From an uncultured Candidatus Binatia bacterium (GTDB lineage Bacteria; Desulfobacterota; Binatia; UBA9968; CAXXLF01): 64,000 bases of DNA. The position numbers and the translations under genes were made by a program. The DNA is taken from NCBI GenBank assembly GCA_965218425.1, contig OZ244621.1, positions 2,144,001 to 2,208,000 of the forward strand, given 5' to 3'. Positions 62,623 through 64,000 of the stretch are shown here, piece after piece; position 1 is the first letter of the stretch; each line of letters opens with the position of its first letter. A model generated the notes under the pieces. The model had not been told where the DNA came from. It was given only the letters and a program-made list of their open reading frames with translations, and ran no database searches.

Positions 62623-63816
62623 TTAATAGCCTAAGGCGTCAAGTCGTGATTTTATCTTTTCTTCCATTGTCATAGATTTGCCCGGCGCCAATTGTCTTTG
62701 TTCCGGCATCCGCGTCATACCTTTCAAACCGGGGTAGTCCAATCCGTATCGATAAGCAGAATAGACTATACAAGGTTTTGTTTTTGGAGATGGCTCGGAT
62801 GAAGGCAAACTATTAACGTATTCCCAAACCAACTCGCCCCCGGGAGTTACTTCGAAGAGCCGGCCCGTTGTTCCCTCACAGATGAAGGTATTACCATTGG
62901 GCAGCCTTTGACAATTTGACATGATGGCAGAGTAAAAAAACATCGGGCCATCCGCTCCTCCTGTATAAGCCCATACCATCTTACCGCTATTCGGGTCCAC
63001 TTCTAGGACTCGAGAGTAGCTATAAATTGGACCGTGAGGATGCAAACCGTTATCAAACACGAGGATATTGCCGTTATCCAGCGCGGTTGCAGAGTGTTGA
63101 TGTCCTAGCTCACCTGATCTCCCGACCCCTGTAGCCTCACCTGTTCCCCATCTCAGTTTCACACTGCCGCTCATTCTATCAATAACAGCCACAGTGTTAG
63201 TCTTCATTAAGCTAACAAGGATATTCCCGTCCGGCAGTTCAACGATAGAATTGGTATGAGGCCACATGCTACGGGGACATATTGGGCAGATGGCATCTAC
63301 CTCCGGGTCAAGATGATCATGGGCGATCCACTCCCAAGCCACTTTCCCGTCAGGTGTGATCTCTTGGATTGTATCACCCCACATAACTCCTTCTCTCTCT
63401 GTTCCTGGCTCACCACCTTTCACCTTTATCGCAATTTTCTCGGGCACTTTCACCCACTTGAGAACTAGGGTATTCCCGTTTTTCATTCGATAAAACGCAT
63501 GGTGCATAAACGGGTCTCGGTATTCCCATGTCACTTTGCCTTCCCAATCCGCCTCCAACAGGATGCCGCCAGCACCTTCTAAATCGGCTAACGGGCCACT
63601 ATCATCCTTACCTGCGTACAATAGGTTTCCAGTAGGGAGCAGCTCTCCGTAGCAGCCTGGTCTGTATCCCATCTCCCAATAGTTGACATGCCTGCCCCGC
63701 ATGTCAATTAACCATGCTCCGTTACCTTGAAGGGGAGCAATAAGGGTAACACCATTGTATGCCCTATATGAATTCCAAAGAACTAAACCTTTAACGCCGG
63801 TGAACGCAACGCTCAT
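62623..63816 (-). CDS. Arylsulfotransferase (ASST-like beta-propeller), no signal peptide evident
   Basis: MHHAF, WPHTNS, GHQHSA, ILVFDNG, SRVLEVDP, QRLPNGNTFICEG. Confidence 0.85.
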   Translation of the reverse strand: MSVAFTGVKGLVLWNSYRAYNGVTLIAPLQGNGAWLIDMRGRHVNYWEMGYRPGCYGELLPTGNLLYAGKDDSGPLADLEGAGGILLEADWEGKVTWEYRDPFMHHAFYRMKNGNTLVLKWVKVPEKIAIKVKGGEPGTEREGVMWGDTIQEITPDGKVAWEWIAHDHLDPEVDAICPICPRSMWPHTNSIVELPDGNILVSLMKTNTVAVIDRMSGSVKLRWGTGEATGVGRSGELGHQHSATALDNGNILVFDNGLHPHGPIYSYSRVLEVDPNSGKMVWAYTGGADGPMFFYSAIMSNCQRLPNGNTFICEGTTGRLFEVTPGGELVWEYVNSLPSSEPSPKTKPCIVYSAYRYGLDYPGLKGMTRMPEQRQLAPGKSMTMEEKIKSRLDALGY

Positions 63817-63873
63817 TGGACCACCTTATAGTTAGTTAGATACCGTAGAAATCCTCTGTTCATTGAAACCCAC

Positions 63874-64000
63874 CTAAAAGATAATGGGTCTAAAATCTTC
63901 CTGAAAGGCCTTGGAACCAAAGAGTCGGTTCTCCCATAGAAACCTCCCTGGGTCTAAATCCTTGCCTTGAAGCCCTGGATAGTCGCGAGCATAACGGTAA
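63874..64000 (-). CDS. C-terminus of a second ASST-like paralog (runs off the window)
   Basis: Manual translation YRYARDYPGLQGKDLDPGRFLWENRLFG...IIF* matches YRYGLDYPGLKG of the adjacent gene. Confidence 0.7.
   Translation of the reverse strand, partial: YRYARDYPGLQGKDLDPGRFLWENRLFGSKAFQEDFRPIIF

Overview
Bacterial chromosomal window. Gene content and style suggest a deltaproteobacterial-grade lineage, possibly Candidatus Binatia (inference, not a database result). Bases 1-8.3 kb hold the distal spc/alpha ribosomal operon, with no rpmD/L30 between rpsE and rplO. Next come a kptA pseudogene, argS-SPOR-trpDCFBA, folC-lptD, and a disrupted junction at about 21.55-22.26 kb. A minus-strand block follows (MFS, rarA, rplS-trmD::Tm1570-rimM-khpA-rpsP-ffh, groESL, two DUF507 genes), then a divergent DnaA-box-rich spacer (oriC candidate), a peptidoglycan-recycling operon (ldcA, serine hydrolase, mpl), rsmD-coaD-aminotransferase and an Mrp/DUF971/DUF59 Fe-S operon. 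From about 42.5 kb the window is accessory. It contains an IS481, DUF4301, an MFS gene split by an IS3 with a 3-bp TSD, and a catabolic island (two LLM monooxygenases, an amidohydrolase with an in-frame amber stop, an HGD-like dioxygenase, an MFS, and a UbiD with a rewired active site). An IS407-group element then borders an AT-richer sulfate-activation/transfer cluster (Sat, CysD/CysH-like, HAD, Thr-type sulfatase-like protein, two arylsulfotransferases). Several housekeeping spacers carry 7-bp-periodic and palindromic repeat elements. I found no rRNA, tRNA or CRISPR array. All calls come from reading motifs by eye; no searches were run.
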